Positions 29,032-38,218 of a stretch of DNA of 64,000 bases are shown here, piece after piece. The notes beneath the pieces are model-generated. The model had not been told where the DNA came from and searched no databases. It was given only the letters and a program-made list of their open reading frames with translations. Source of the DNA: an uncultured Candidatus Saccharibacteria bacterium. GTDB lineage: Bacteria > Patescibacteriota > Minisyncoccia > Phycocordibacterales > JAKAEA01. Position 1 is the first letter of the stretch. Each line of letters opens with the position of its first letter. Location of the stretch: the NCBI GenBank assembly GCA_964467325.1, contig CAYXSG010000001.1, forward strand, positions 8,953 to 72,952. Direction: 5' to 3'. Position numbers and translations under genes: made by a program.

Positions 29032-30114
29032 ATGAAAAACTCACAAAAAGGTTTCGTTGTGCCTTTATTAATAGCGATTATTGCGGTGTTGGTGGTAGGT
29101 GGCGTGGTCTATATTTATTCACAGAAAAAATCTGAGGTTCCTCAGGCTAATCAGCCTTTGGATAATGTACAGACAAATCAAAATCCTCAAAATAATCAAC
29201 AACCCCCTCATATTGATTCAGTTACTCCTTTTGTTGATCCAAATGGAAACACTCAATTTTCTGTTAAAGGCAGCGGGTTTTTGGGTTCAAACCCATATGT
29301 TGATGGACAAAGCGCAACGTACAGTGCAAGTAGTCTAACTGATACAGAAGTTACTTTGCTTTCTGTTAAGCAACTCGCAGTTCCAGGGAATCATTCCGTT
29401 TATTTAACAAATCCTACAACTGGGAAAAGCAATGTTTTTTCTTTTCAGTCTGGAGCGGTAAATTCTAATTCTCATTCGCAAAATAATGTCGCCAAAACTG
29501 TAAGTGTATCCGGTATGTTGCAATATACTGACTCAATTTTTGGGTTTTCGTTTTGGTACCCGGCGACATGGAGTGTTCAAAAAAAAGAAGCATTTGACAC
29601 AAATCCAGAAAAAACATATGAAGGAGGTTCGCTCATTGAGACTATAACAGTATCTCCTCCTCAAGGTTCAAGTTATGGTATTGCTATAGAAGAATTTGTC
29701 TCAGCAGATAAAAGTATTAAAGATAATTCTGTCTGTGGACCAGCAGATGGATGTCCTTCGGCTATACGTTATTATTTCGACAGTAGCATCCACACATGGA
29801 TGAAGGATTCATATTTTGACTATGGCCAATATTCGTCACCGACAAAAACCGCACCAGCCGATGTCTCAGTCAATTCAATGGGCGGACTTCATATACTACG
29901 AGGTAATGCTAGATTTGGTGATAACGTCATAGTACCACTCAGTGCGAAGAACTTTCTGGTTGTACACAATGTAGGCGTAGGAACAAATAGTATAAAATTT
30001 TTGGCGAATACGATTCTTGCTCTTGATCCGGCAGTTGCTACTCCAGTAAGTTCGGCACAGCAAATACAAACTATTCAGGCCGAGGGAAATGAATACGCTT
30101 CTTATAAATGGTAG
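29032..30114 (+). CDS. Prepilin-like-leader surface protein with IPT-like and PsbP-like domains
   Basis: MKNSQKG|FVVPLLIAII; YTDSIFGFSFWYP; AT-rich, directly after tRNA. Confidence 0.75.
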   Translation: MKNSQKGFVVPLLIAIIAVLVVGGVVYIYSQKKSEVPQANQPLDNVQTNQNPQNNQQPPHIDSVTPFVDPNGNTQFSVKGSGFLGSNPYVDGQSATYSASSLTDTEVTLLSVKQLAVPGNHSVYLTNPTTGKSNVFSFQSGAVNSNSHSQNNVAKTVSVSGMLQYTDSIFGFSFWYPATWSVQKKEAFDTNPEKTYEGGSLIETITVSPPQGSSYGIAIEEFVSADKSIKDNSVCGPADGCPSAIRYYFDSSIHTWMKDSYFDYGQYSSPTKTAPADVSVNSMGGLHILRGNARFGDNVIVPLSAKNFLVVHNVGVGTNSIKFLANTILALDPAVATPVSSAQQIQTIQAEGNEYASYKW

Positions 30115-30118
30115 ACCC

Positions 30119-30754
30119 ATGCAAATCACAAAATATGGTCATTGTTGCTTGCTAGTTGAGATACGAGGTGTGAGGATTTTGACGGATCCGGGGAATTTTT
30201 CGACTGGGCAGAATGAGGTAAAAGAGATTGATTGCGTGGTGATTACGCACGAGCATGCCGATCATTTGCACGTTGAATCCTTGAAAATGGTTTTGAAAAA
30301 TAATCCGAGCGCGACGGTGGTGTGCAACGCTTCGGTTGGAAAAATTCTTGAGAAAGAGGGAATTGGTTTTACGAAAGTTTCCGAAGGTGAGAAGTTTTCT
30401 ATTAAAGGTGTGGAGATTGCGGGCTTCGGCACAAAACACGCGACTATATATAAAGAATTTGGCCAAGTAGAAAACACTGGCTACTTTTTTGACGACAAGC
30501 TGTTTTATCCGGGCGACGCTTTTACCGATCCAAAACGGCCGGTGGATATTTTAGCTTTGCCTGTGGCTGGTTCTTGGATGAAACTTTCCGAAGCGATTGA
30601 ATATGTTTTGACTCTGAAACCAAGAATTGCGTTTCCGGTGCACGATGGCATTCTTCTAAATCCGACTATGATGCACCGAGTGCCGGCTTTGGTTTTTGAA
30701 CAGTCGGGAATAAAATTTGTGCCGCTTGATATTGGCAAAGCTGTTGATTTTTAG
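30119..30754 (+). CDS. MBL-fold metallo-hydrolase
   Basis: GHCC, TDPG, THEHADH, YPGD, PVHD. Confidence 0.92.
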   Translation: MQITKYGHCCLLVEIRGVRILTDPGNFSTGQNEVKEIDCVVITHEHADHLHVESLKMVLKNNPSATVVCNASVGKILEKEGIGFTKVSEGEKFSIKGVEIAGFGTKHATIYKEFGQVENTGYFFDDKLFYPGDAFTDPKRPVDILALPVAGSWMKLSEAIEYVLTLKPRIAFPVHDGILLNPTMMHRVPALVFEQSGIKFVPLDIGKAVDF

Positions 30755-31542
30755 AACCCGAACATGTGGCCGAAGAATTGGCCGATGCCGCCGAGGAAGC
30801 CGAAGTGGTTTTGCGTGGCTGCACCTGCCGAAGCGGAAGCATTTACGCTGGCTGGTTTGGTTTGATCAAAAACAGTGGAGGCGGTGACGGAATTGCCGTT
30901 CACTGCGCCTTGAACGAGCACCATGTCGCCCACTTTTACGTCCGAAAGCGTCATGGTTTTATTGCCCTCAAGAATTTTGGCGCCTGAGGCATCAACGCTG
31001 TAAGTTACGTTGCTTTTGTTCATAATGGTAATAGTCGAACCGCTCACTGCGCCCACCGCTCCAGCGACAATCGGCTGGCCGTTGCCTTGAACTGTTGGAT
31101 TTTCTTTTTCACCGCGATTTGCGCTGGGCATTTTTGTGTTCATCATCACGCCGTCTCTAATCGTGGTGGCGACGACGTTGGTGCCGGAGATTGTGCCCAT
31201 GATTACCACCGTGTCATTGACCGCAATACTTGAAACGCTGCTGTTCGCATTATTTTTCATCACTTTTGCGTTTGTCGCGTCCACAGAAAAGGTAGTTACA
31301 GGCGTCGTGGTGCTGAAGCCTTGCCGGCCACTAACGGTGACTGTGTTGCTGCTCACCGCGGTAACCGTGCCAACCACGACCGGCCTCATCATTCCTCTTA
31401 AGTTTCCAATCGGGCCGCCGCGCATCGGCCTTGATTGGCTTGACGGCGGAGTGTTTGTGTCGGCATATACCGGAATGCCGGCGCTAAAGGCCGCAATTGT
31501 TGCTAAAACCACACCCAAAGAGACATGTTTTCTAATATTCAT
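30751..31542 (-). CDS. DUF5666-like secreted protein with tandem OB-like repeats
   Basis: Signal peptide; two G.V.AVS...ITV...VDA..AK...V.V.D.V...G repeats. Confidence 0.7.
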   Translation of the reverse strand: MNIRKHVSLGVVLATIAAFSAGIPVYADTNTPPSSQSRPMRGGPIGNLRGMMRPVVVGTVTAVSSNTVTVSGRQGFSTTTPVTTFSVDATNAKVMKNNANSSVSSIAVNDTVVIMGTISGTNVVATTIRDGVMMNTKMPSANRGEKENPTVQGNGQPIVAGAVGAVSGSTITIMNKSNVTYSVDASGAKILEGNKTMTLSDVKVGDMVLVQGAVNGNSVTASTVFDQTKPASVNASASAGAATQNHFGFLGGIGQFFGHMFGF

Positions 31543-31628
31543 TTTTTTATTTGTTATAATAAGTGTAGGTTTCGTATTCCTACAAGATGACTACGTTGTC
31601 GGAACTATAATTGGTTCACTTTATAACC

Positions 31629-32012
31629 ATGAAAATATCTTCAAACCAAAAAATAAAAAGATTTCTTGAGATTGTCGCTGTCATTATGGCGCTGTTTTTA
31701 GTGACGCTCTTAATTGTTCTTGTAAATAGTAATAAAAACTTCGGCCGTTTTAATAGGTTTACGCTGCTGCATACCAGTGGGCCGGTCACTGCCGACGATG
31801 TGGTTTTCATCCAAACATGGATGACTTTTGATTATGTCAATCACATTTTCAACCTTCCCAAAGAATATTTAATGACGAAACTTTCCGTGAGTAACGGTAG
31901 TTATCCGCGACTGACCATTGAAAAGTACGCTAAAACAAAAGGCCTAAAATCTTCAGTGGTGTTGCTTCAAGTTGAAGACGCGGTGCGGGCGTATTTTGCA
32001 TCCAAACAATGA
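31629..32012 (+). CDS. Membrane-anchored hypothetical protein
   Basis: TM helix then I..WMTFDYVN..F..P. Confidence 0.7.
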   Translation: MKISSNQKIKRFLEIVAVIMALFLVTLLIVLVNSNKNFGRFNRFTLLHTSGPVTADDVVFIQTWMTFDYVNHIFNLPKEYLMTKLSVSNGSYPRLTIEKYAKTKGLKSSVVLLQVEDAVRAYFASKQ

Positions 32013-32632
32013 ATGATTTTTTGGGGACACTGCTTTCCTTACTTCTTCTGTATAAATATTTTGCGCTTTTTGCCGTAATTTTTTCTGCCGCGGTAATCGT
32101 GCCGCTGCCGACCAACAGTCTGCTTCTTGCTGCGGGCGCTTTTGCCAGCCAAGGCTATTTCAGTTTCTCAATTTCTTTAATTGTTTCGGTGGTGGCAAAT
32201 ATCGCCGGAGATTCATTTGGTTATTTTCTCGCGCGCAAGTACGGCCGGCTGGCCATCCGCTTTTTGCATGTACGAATGCCATCTTTTGTGGAAAAGCTAG
32301 AACAATATCTGAGAAGTCACACCGGCCTCACGATATTTGTCACGAGATTTTTCGGCTCACTAGACTCAGTTGCCAATATTTTCTCCGGCCTGGTTGGGAT
32401 ATCTTTCAAAAAATTTCTTTTTTACGATTTTCTCGGCAATTTTGTTTCTATTTGTGGTGTTTTATATGCCGGCTATCTTCTTGGTGTTCACTGGCAAGAT
32501 TTTTCAAAATTTTTCGATGTGGGCGAATGGGTTTTGTGTGGCGTCATCATTATTATTTTCGCTGGCTACTTTTTTTGGAGCGCTCGGCGCCGTAAAAGAA
32601 AGCTTCTTGCCAAGCAGCATGAGCGGGAGTAG
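32009..32632 (+). CDS. DedA/VTT family membrane protein
   Basis: PLP...LLAAG, GD..GY.L.R.YG, TRF. Confidence 0.9.
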   Translation: MNDFLGTLLSLLLLYKYFALFAVIFSAAVIVPLPTNSLLLAAGAFASQGYFSFSISLIVSVVANIAGDSFGYFLARKYGRLAIRFLHVRMPSFVEKLEQYLRSHTGLTIFVTRFFGSLDSVANIFSGLVGISFKKFLFYDFLGNFVSICGVLYAGYLLGVHWQDFSKFFDVGEWVLCGVIIIIFAGYFFWSARRRKRKLLAKQHERE

Positions 32633-32641
32633 GCTTTGGGT

Positions 32642-32902
32642 ATGGAAAAAGCCGTTCTCAAAAATTTGCAGACGATTCCGGGTGTGGGAAAAAGCATTGC
32701 CGAAGATTTATATGATTTGGGCTATCGCTCTGTTTCCGAATTGGCCAATTGCGATCCGAACATGATGTACGAAAGATTGTGCATGAAAGCGGGGAAGCAT
32801 TTGGACCGGTGTTTGCTCTACACTTTTCGTTGCGCGGTCTACTTCGCCACAAACGACAAGCATGAAGCGAAAAAATTAAAATGGTGGAATTGGAAAGATT
32901 AA
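32642..32902 (+). CDS. Cdd1-family helix-hairpin-helix protein
   Basis: IPGVGKSIA.DL; DRCLLY.FRCAVY; WWNWKD. Confidence 0.85.
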   Translation: MEKAVLKNLQTIPGVGKSIAEDLYDLGYRSVSELANCDPNMMYERLCMKAGKHLDRCLLYTFRCAVYFATNDKHEAKKLKWWNWKD

Positions 32903-33348
32903 AATATTTTTTTCTTTGGATTTTTACGGCGCTGGTTCTAGCCGGCTTTTTGTTTTATTTTCTTTCCCAAAATTCTCAAAATAAATCGGCGGCGCAGCTA
33001 AATATAAACGACGAGGTTATCAATCTGGCAATTGCGCGAACGGACGCGGAGCTTGAGCACGGCCTTTCCGGACGCGCAGCGCTTGCGAGCAATGAAGGCA
33101 TGCTTTTTATTTTTCAGGCAGATGGATTCTGGCAATTTTGGATGAAAGACATGAATTTTCCGATTGATATGATTTGGTTGGATTCAAGCGATAAAATTGT
33201 GGGGATTAAAGAAAATGCCACGCCGGATTCTTATCCGCAAACTTTCACCTCGCAGGCGCCGGCGCGCTACGTGCTCGAGTTGCCGGCCGGTTTCGCGAAA
33301 GCGCACGGCTTGATATATAATGAACCCATTAATGTAATTCAAAAATGA
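32881..33348 (+). CDS. DUF192 family protein
   Basis: GLSGR, GMLFIF, FWMKDM.FPID, YVLELPAG. Confidence 0.92.
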   Translation: MVELERLKYFFLWIFTALVLAGFLFYFLSQNSQNKSAAQLNINDEVINLAIARTDAELEHGLSGRAALASNEGMLFIFQADGFWQFWMKDMNFPIDMIWLDSSDKIVGIKENATPDSYPQTFTSQAPARYVLELPAGFAKAHGLIYNEPINVIQK

Positions 33349-33352
33349 AATT

Positions 33353-34387
33353 ATGAAGAAACTGAAAGTGGCAATCAACGGCGCAGGCAGAATCGGGCGA
33401 GCGTTTTACAAAGTGGCGATGCTGCGTCCTGAGCTTGAAGTGGTGGCGCTCAACGACCTCGGCAGCATCGAAAGTCTTGCTTATCTTTTTAAATATGACA
33501 CAGCGTACGGCCCGAGCGAATTGGACGTTAAAGTGGCGAGCGATAAAAAAAGTCTCACGATCAATGGCAAAACTATCGCTTACGTGAGCGAAAAAGATCC
33601 TGCCAATTTGCCGTGGAAAGAGATGGATATTGATGTGGTGGTGGAATCCACTGGTTTGTTTACTTCGTACGAAAAAGCGCAGGCGCATATCAAAGCGGGT
33701 GCGAAAAAAGTGGTGATTAGCGCGCCGGTTAAAGACGAACCGACGGGCGACATTCGCGGCGGCACCATTTTGATGGGCATCAATGACGACAAGCTTTCCG
33801 TTTGCGACATTTCCTCAAACGCTTCGTGTACGACGAACGCCGGCTCGCCGCTCATGGCGATTTTGCACGAGAAAATCGGCATTGAAAAAGCGTTGCTCAA
33901 CACGGTGCACGCTTACACTGCAAGCCAAGCCATTGTGGACGGTCCTTCAAAAAAAGATTTACGTGAAGGCCGCGCCGCCGCGCAAAATATTGTGCCGAGT
34001 TCCACGGGCGCGGCGATTGCCGTGACTAAAGTTTTGCCCGACCTCGTTGGTAAATTTGACGGCATTTCCATTCGCGTACCGGTCATAGTCGGTTCCATTG
34101 TCGATATCACTTTCATTTCTAAGCGAGCTACTTCTGCCGAGGAAGTGAATTCCATTCTCAAAGCCGCCGCCAAAGAAAAACGCTGGCAAAATATTTTCTC
34201 CGTGACCGAAGAGCCGCTTGTTTCTTCCGACATCATCGGTTCGCGCTTCGCCTCCATTGCTGACCTCGCTTTCACTCGCGTCGCCGACAAAAACCTCGTC
34301 AAAGTTCTGGCGTGGTATGACAACGAGATGGGGTATACGTACACACTTGTTGACCACGTCATTAAAACCGGATTATCAATAAAATAA
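33353..34387 (+). CDS. gap: Glyceraldehyde-3-phosphate dehydrogenase
   Basis: INGAGRIGR, NASCTTN, WYDNE. Confidence 0.97.
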   Translation: MKKLKVAINGAGRIGRAFYKVAMLRPELEVVALNDLGSIESLAYLFKYDTAYGPSELDVKVASDKKSLTINGKTIAYVSEKDPANLPWKEMDIDVVVESTGLFTSYEKAQAHIKAGAKKVVISAPVKDEPTGDIRGGTILMGINDDKLSVCDISSNASCTTNAGSPLMAILHEKIGIEKALLNTVHAYTASQAIVDGPSKKDLREGRAAAQNIVPSSTGAAIAVTKVLPDLVGKFDGISIRVPVIVGSIVDITFISKRATSAEEVNSILKAAAKEKRWQNIFSVTEEPLVSSDIIGSRFASIADLAFTRVADKNLVKVLAWYDNEMGYTYTLVDHVIKTGLSIK

Positions 34388-34414
34388 ATAAAATTACTAA
34401 ACTAACAAAAATTT

Positions 34415-34720
34415 ATGAATAGATTTTTTTTCATTTCCCTAATCATATTTATGTTGTTGGCTTTTCTTCTTGTCGGAAATACTTATGTAAAAGTTCTACG
34501 CTTTCCCGGTGGTAGTATTTGTAGTGAAGAATCAATGATTATTTGTCTACCCGTTGTTTCCACTCTTATTATATCTCTATTGGTTTCGCTATCCCTTGGT
34601 TTTATTAAAAGATCTAGAAATGTTACCCCTGTAAAACATAACTCCCTAAAATATAACCTATTAATAGTAGTTCTCGTGGTCCTAGCTTTGCAACTATTAT
34701 TTTGGTTGATTATGATATAA
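34415..34720 (+). CDS. Small AT-rich membrane protein
   Basis: 3 TM helices; inserted between gap and rpiB. Confidence 0.65.
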   Translation: MNRFFFISLIIFMLLAFLLVGNTYVKVLRFPGGSICSEESMIICLPVVSTLIISLLVSLSLGFIKRSRNVTPVKHNSLKYNLLIVVLVVLALQLLFWLIMI

Positions 34721-34726
34721 ATGTCT

Positions 34727-34748
34727 AAAATAAAGGTCAGCACTTTTT
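34727..34748 (+). repeat. Degenerate REP-like GGTCAG(G)CAC motif
   Basis: AAAATAAAGGTCAG-CACTTTTT vs AAAATAGGGGTCAGGCACATTTT at 347. Confidence 0.4.
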
Positions 34749-34781
34749 AGTTAATTGTTTGGTTTGTGCTAAAATTAGGAG

Positions 34782-35258
34782 GTGAAAATCTACATCGCCT
34801 CTGATCATGCAGGGTTTGAGCTCAAGAAACATTTGATTGGCTATTTTGCCGAGAGCGGCATTATTCTTATAGACAAAGGGCCGTTTGCCTATGTGGCGGG
34901 CGATGATTATCCTGATTGGATTGCTAAGGCGGCAGAAGAGGTGAGTAAAAATCCGAGCGAGGCGCGGGCGATTGTGATTGGACTTTCGGGGGAAGGCGAG
35001 GCACTTGTTGCCAATAAGTTTAAAAATGTGCGCGCTGGCGTTTTTTACACGCCGATTGGAAGCGGCAAGGACGCTTTTGAAATTGTGAAGCTCATGCGCG
35101 AGCACAACGATGCAAATGTGCTCTCGCTTTCCGCAAAATTTTTGAAGAGCGAAGAAGCCGAGCGCGCCACGGATGTTTTTCTGGAAACCGAGTTTAGTGG
35201 CGACGCGCGGCACGAAAGAAGAATTGAGAAAATTACCGATTTAGAACAAGGTCGATAA
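34782..35258 (+). CDS. rpiB: Ribose-5-phosphate isomerase B
   Basis: SDHAG, DDYPD, G.SG.GE (Glu-type active site), HNDAN, RH.RRI. Confidence 0.93.
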   Translation: MKIYIASDHAGFELKKHLIGYFAESGIILIDKGPFAYVAGDDYPDWIAKAAEEVSKNPSEARAIVIGLSGEGEALVANKFKNVRAGVFYTPIGSGKDAFEIVKLMREHNDANVLSLSAKFLKSEEAERATDVFLETEFSGDARHERRIEKITDLEQGR

Positions 35259-35264
35259 ATTTAT

Positions 35265-36074
35265 ATGTTTTCTGAAAAAAGCCTATTTGAAAAAGAGGGT
35301 TTACATTTAGAAAAAGAAAGAGTTTTAACCTACTCAAAACTTTTTTGTCCCCTAGGTTGTAAATACTGTTTTGCCGAAGATTTAGAAGGACGTTCAGGTG
35401 ATAAAGTATCTTATTTATCAGAAGATCAGTTGAATGCCTTAGAAAAAATTCCACCGGAAATTAGCTTGATAATGTTAGGCTGTGATACAGAGTTTTTTCA
35501 ATCAAAAGAAGGTTCATTGGAGATTTTAGAAAGATTATCCCATTCCGATAGAGATATTTCTATTGTAACTAAGATGGATTTAGATTCAGATTTTGTAAAA
35601 TCACTTAAAAATTTTGATGAGGTTTTAAATAAAAATAACAAATCACTTTTTGTTTCTTTTTCTATACCTTGTTTGGATTCTGCAAAAATTTGGGAACCAG
35701 GAGCTCCTGACCCAAACGCAAGAATTGAATCAATGAAAATAGTTCATGATGAAGGTATAAAATCTTTTGTAGCAATAAGACCATTGCTTCCTAGTGTTCC
35801 TGATGATGAATTAGAGAGAATAGTTGATATGACTAAAGGTTATTCGCAAGGTTATTATTCTGGGCCACTATATGTGAAAAATTTAGACCAAGGTTTAGTA
35901 GATACAAATAATCCGGAATTAAAAATTGAATTGGTTCGGCCAGATTGGATGCCTGAAGGTAACGAATTTTATAGAATCCAAAAAGATGGTCAAATGGAAT
36001 TTCTAAGAGACACAATAATTAAAAGCGGAAATATTTTGTTTGAAGGAGCTGCTGATGCCATAGCTCACATTTAA
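35265..36074 (+). CDS. Radical SAM protein (SPL-like)
   Basis: CPLGCKYC; IVTK; EPGAP....R; AT-rich. Confidence 0.8.
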   Translation: MFSEKSLFEKEGLHLEKERVLTYSKLFCPLGCKYCFAEDLEGRSGDKVSYLSEDQLNALEKIPPEISLIMLGCDTEFFQSKEGSLEILERLSHSDRDISIVTKMDLDSDFVKSLKNFDEVLNKNNKSLFVSFSIPCLDSAKIWEPGAPDPNARIESMKIVHDEGIKSFVAIRPLLPSVPDDELERIVDMTKGYSQGYYSGPLYVKNLDQGLVDTNNPELKIELVRPDWMPEGNEFYRIQKDGQMEFLRDTIIKSGNILFEGAADAIAHI

Positions 36075-36084
36075 GGTAAATAAA

Positions 36085-36600
36085 ATGAAAAACATAGAGT
36101 TAAAAGTCAAAGCACCGAATCTATCAAAAATTAAACCTGTTTTGAAAAAAATTGGTGCAAAATACGTTGAAACTCTTAAACAGGTTGATACCTACTATAA
36201 ATGCAATGAGGGTAGGTTAAAAACAAGGGAAATAAACAATAATAATTTTGAATTGATTTTTTATAGAAGAGAAAACAAAAAAGAATCAAAAATATCTGAT
36301 TATGAGATTCTTAAAATGAGCTATCCTCATAGACAGAAATATAAAAATATTTTAAATGAAATATTTGGGAAGGTCGTTGTGGTTAAAAAAGAGCGGTTGC
36401 TTTGGATTTACAAAAATACAAGAATTCATCTTGATTGCGTAGAAGATTTAGGAAATTTTTTAGAATTGGAAACCATAGTAAGTGATACTTTAAGCAAAGC
36501 CAAAAAAGAATATAAGGAAATTACAGATTATTTAAATATTAGCAATTTTAAAAAAATCGCCAGTTCATACAGCGATTTATTAATCTTAGCAAAACCATGA
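36085..36600 (+). CDS. CYTH domain protein (class IV adenylate cyclase-like)
   Basis: IELK, QVDTYY, RLK.RE, K.R, HLD.V..LG.FLELE, SY.DL. Confidence 0.9.
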   Translation: MKNIELKVKAPNLSKIKPVLKKIGAKYVETLKQVDTYYKCNEGRLKTREINNNNFELIFYRRENKKESKISDYEILKMSYPHRQKYKNILNEIFGKVVVVKKERLLWIYKNTRIHLDCVEDLGNFLELETIVSDTLSKAKKEYKEITDYLNISNFKKIASSYSDLLILAKP

Positions 36601-37292
36601 TTGAAATTATTCCGGCGATAATGCCGCGCAGTTGGGAAGATTTGGAAGGGGAAGTGGCGCGCGTGGCGCCTTTTGTTGGGAAGGTGCAGATTGACGTCAT
36701 GGATGGCAAGTTTGTGAAAAATAAAAGCTGGCCATACATGAAAGGCCGCGCCGGTGATAAATTTTTTAAGCTTCTTCAAGTGGAAGAAATTGGCTTGCCG
36801 AGCTGGCAGGATGTGGATTTTGAAGCTGATATGATGATTGATAAGCCGGAAGAGGAAATTGAAAAATGGATTGCGGCTGGCATGGCACGGATTATTGTGC
36901 ACGTTGAAAGCACGAAAAAACTGTCAGAAATTATCAAAATTTTTCAATTGCATAACGCACACGAAGTTGGAATTGAGCTTGGACTTGCCTTAAATCCAGA
37001 CACTTCAACAGACCAAATTTTGCCTTTTCTTGAGGATATTCAGTTTGTGCAGTTTATGGGGATTGATCGGATTGGTTTGCAAGGCCAACCTTTTGACGAA
37101 AAAGTTTTGGATAAAATTCGCGAGTTTCACAATGCGCATCCGGAAATGGTGATAAGTGTGGATGGCGGCGTCAATTTTGAAGACGCGCACGCGCTGGTTG
37201 AAGCGGGTGCGCGGCACTTAGTCTCTGGTTCAGCAATTTTAGAAAGTACGGACATTGCCGAAGCTGTGGAAAGATTCAAAAAAATAGTATAA
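36597..37292 (+). CDS. rpe: Ribulose-phosphate 3-epimerase
   Basis: IDVMDG.FV, VH.ES, G.QGQ.F, VDGGV, SGSAI. Confidence 0.92.
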   Translation: MIEIIPAIMPRSWEDLEGEVARVAPFVGKVQIDVMDGKFVKNKSWPYMKGRAGDKFFKLLQVEEIGLPSWQDVDFEADMMIDKPEEEIEKWIAAGMARIIVHVESTKKLSEIIKIFQLHNAHEVGIELGLALNPDTSTDQILPFLEDIQFVQFMGIDRIGLQGQPFDEKVLDKIREFHNAHPEMVISVDGGVNFEDAHALVEAGARHLVSGSAILESTDIAEAVERFKKIV

Positions 37293-37299
37293 TAGGCGA

Positions 37300-38166
37300 G
37301 TGAGTTTGACTGATTTTGAAATTAAAAGTTTGGAGAAAAAAGCCAACGAGATTCGCGTTTCAATAATTGAAATGCTTTTGGAAGCCGGCTCAGGCCACAC
37401 CGCGGGACCTTTGGGCATGGCGGACATTTTCACCGCGCTCTATTTTCACATTTTAAAACACGACGCAACTAATCCTTCTTGGAACGAGCGCGACCGACTC
37501 GTGCTTTCCAATGGCCACATTTGTCCGGTTTTGTACGCCGCGATGGCGCACGCCGGTTATTTTCCAATTAAAGAACTGAAAACTTTGCGCAAATTTGGCT
37601 CGCGCTTGCAAGGCCATCCGCATCGCGATTTTCTGCCGATGTTGGAAACGAGCTCTGGGCCACTTGGCTCCGGCCTTTCGCAAGCGGTTGGCTTGGCGCT
37701 TGCCGATAAAATTGACGACTACAAGCCGGCCGGCCGATTTATTTATTGTTTAATGAGCGACGGCGAGCTCGACGAAGGTCAAAGCTGGGAAGCGGCGCTT
37801 TTGGCGGGAAAAAACAAATTACACAATTTGATTGCGATTATTGACCGCAACAATATTCAGATTGACGGCTTCACCGAAGATGTGATGCCGCTTGAGCCGC
37901 TGCGCGCAAAGTGGGAAGCGTTCGGCTGGCACGTTTTGGAAATTGACGGACACAATTTCAATGAGATTGCTGGCGCGGTAGAGCAAGCGAAAGCGATTTT
38001 TGAAAAGCCGTCCATGATTATTGCGCATACCATTCCTGGCAAAGGCGTGAAAGAATTTGAACGCAAATACGAATGGCACGGCAAACCGCCAAACGCCGCC
38101 GAAGCCGCGATGGCGCTCAAAGAGCTCCGCACTTTAGGCGGCAAAATTAAAAGCGAGCATGAGTAA
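37300..38166 (+). CDS. tkt: Transketolase, N-terminal (TPP-binding) subunit
   Basis: GSGH, DRLVLSNGH, SDGELDEG..WEA, WHGK. Confidence 0.93.
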   Translation: MSLTDFEIKSLEKKANEIRVSIIEMLLEAGSGHTAGPLGMADIFTALYFHILKHDATNPSWNERDRLVLSNGHICPVLYAAMAHAGYFPIKELKTLRKFGSRLQGHPHRDFLPMLETSSGPLGSGLSQAVGLALADKIDDYKPAGRFIYCLMSDGELDEGQSWEAALLAGKNKLHNLIAIIDRNNIQIDGFTEDVMPLEPLRAKWEAFGWHVLEIDGHNFNEIAGAVEQAKAIFEKPSMIIAHTIPGKGVKEFERKYEWHGKPPNAAEAAMALKELRTLGGKIKSEHE

Positions 38167-38167
38167 C

Positions 38168-38198
38168 TGTGAATAGATCTTTATAAAGATTTTATCAC
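38168..38198. repeat. 31-bp imperfect inverted-repeat site, copy 2
   Basis: TGTGAATAGATCTTTATAAAGATTTTATCAC, begins 1 nt after tkt stop; contains perfect palindrome ATCTTTATAAAGAT. Confidence 0.7.
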
Positions 38199-38218
38199 TG
38201 GTTTGCTAAGCTGGTGTG

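Noticed and set aside
34776-34784. AGGAGG as SD of rpiB
   Set aside because: It overlaps the GTG start with no spacer; the TAAAAT-6nt-GTG pattern explains the site better
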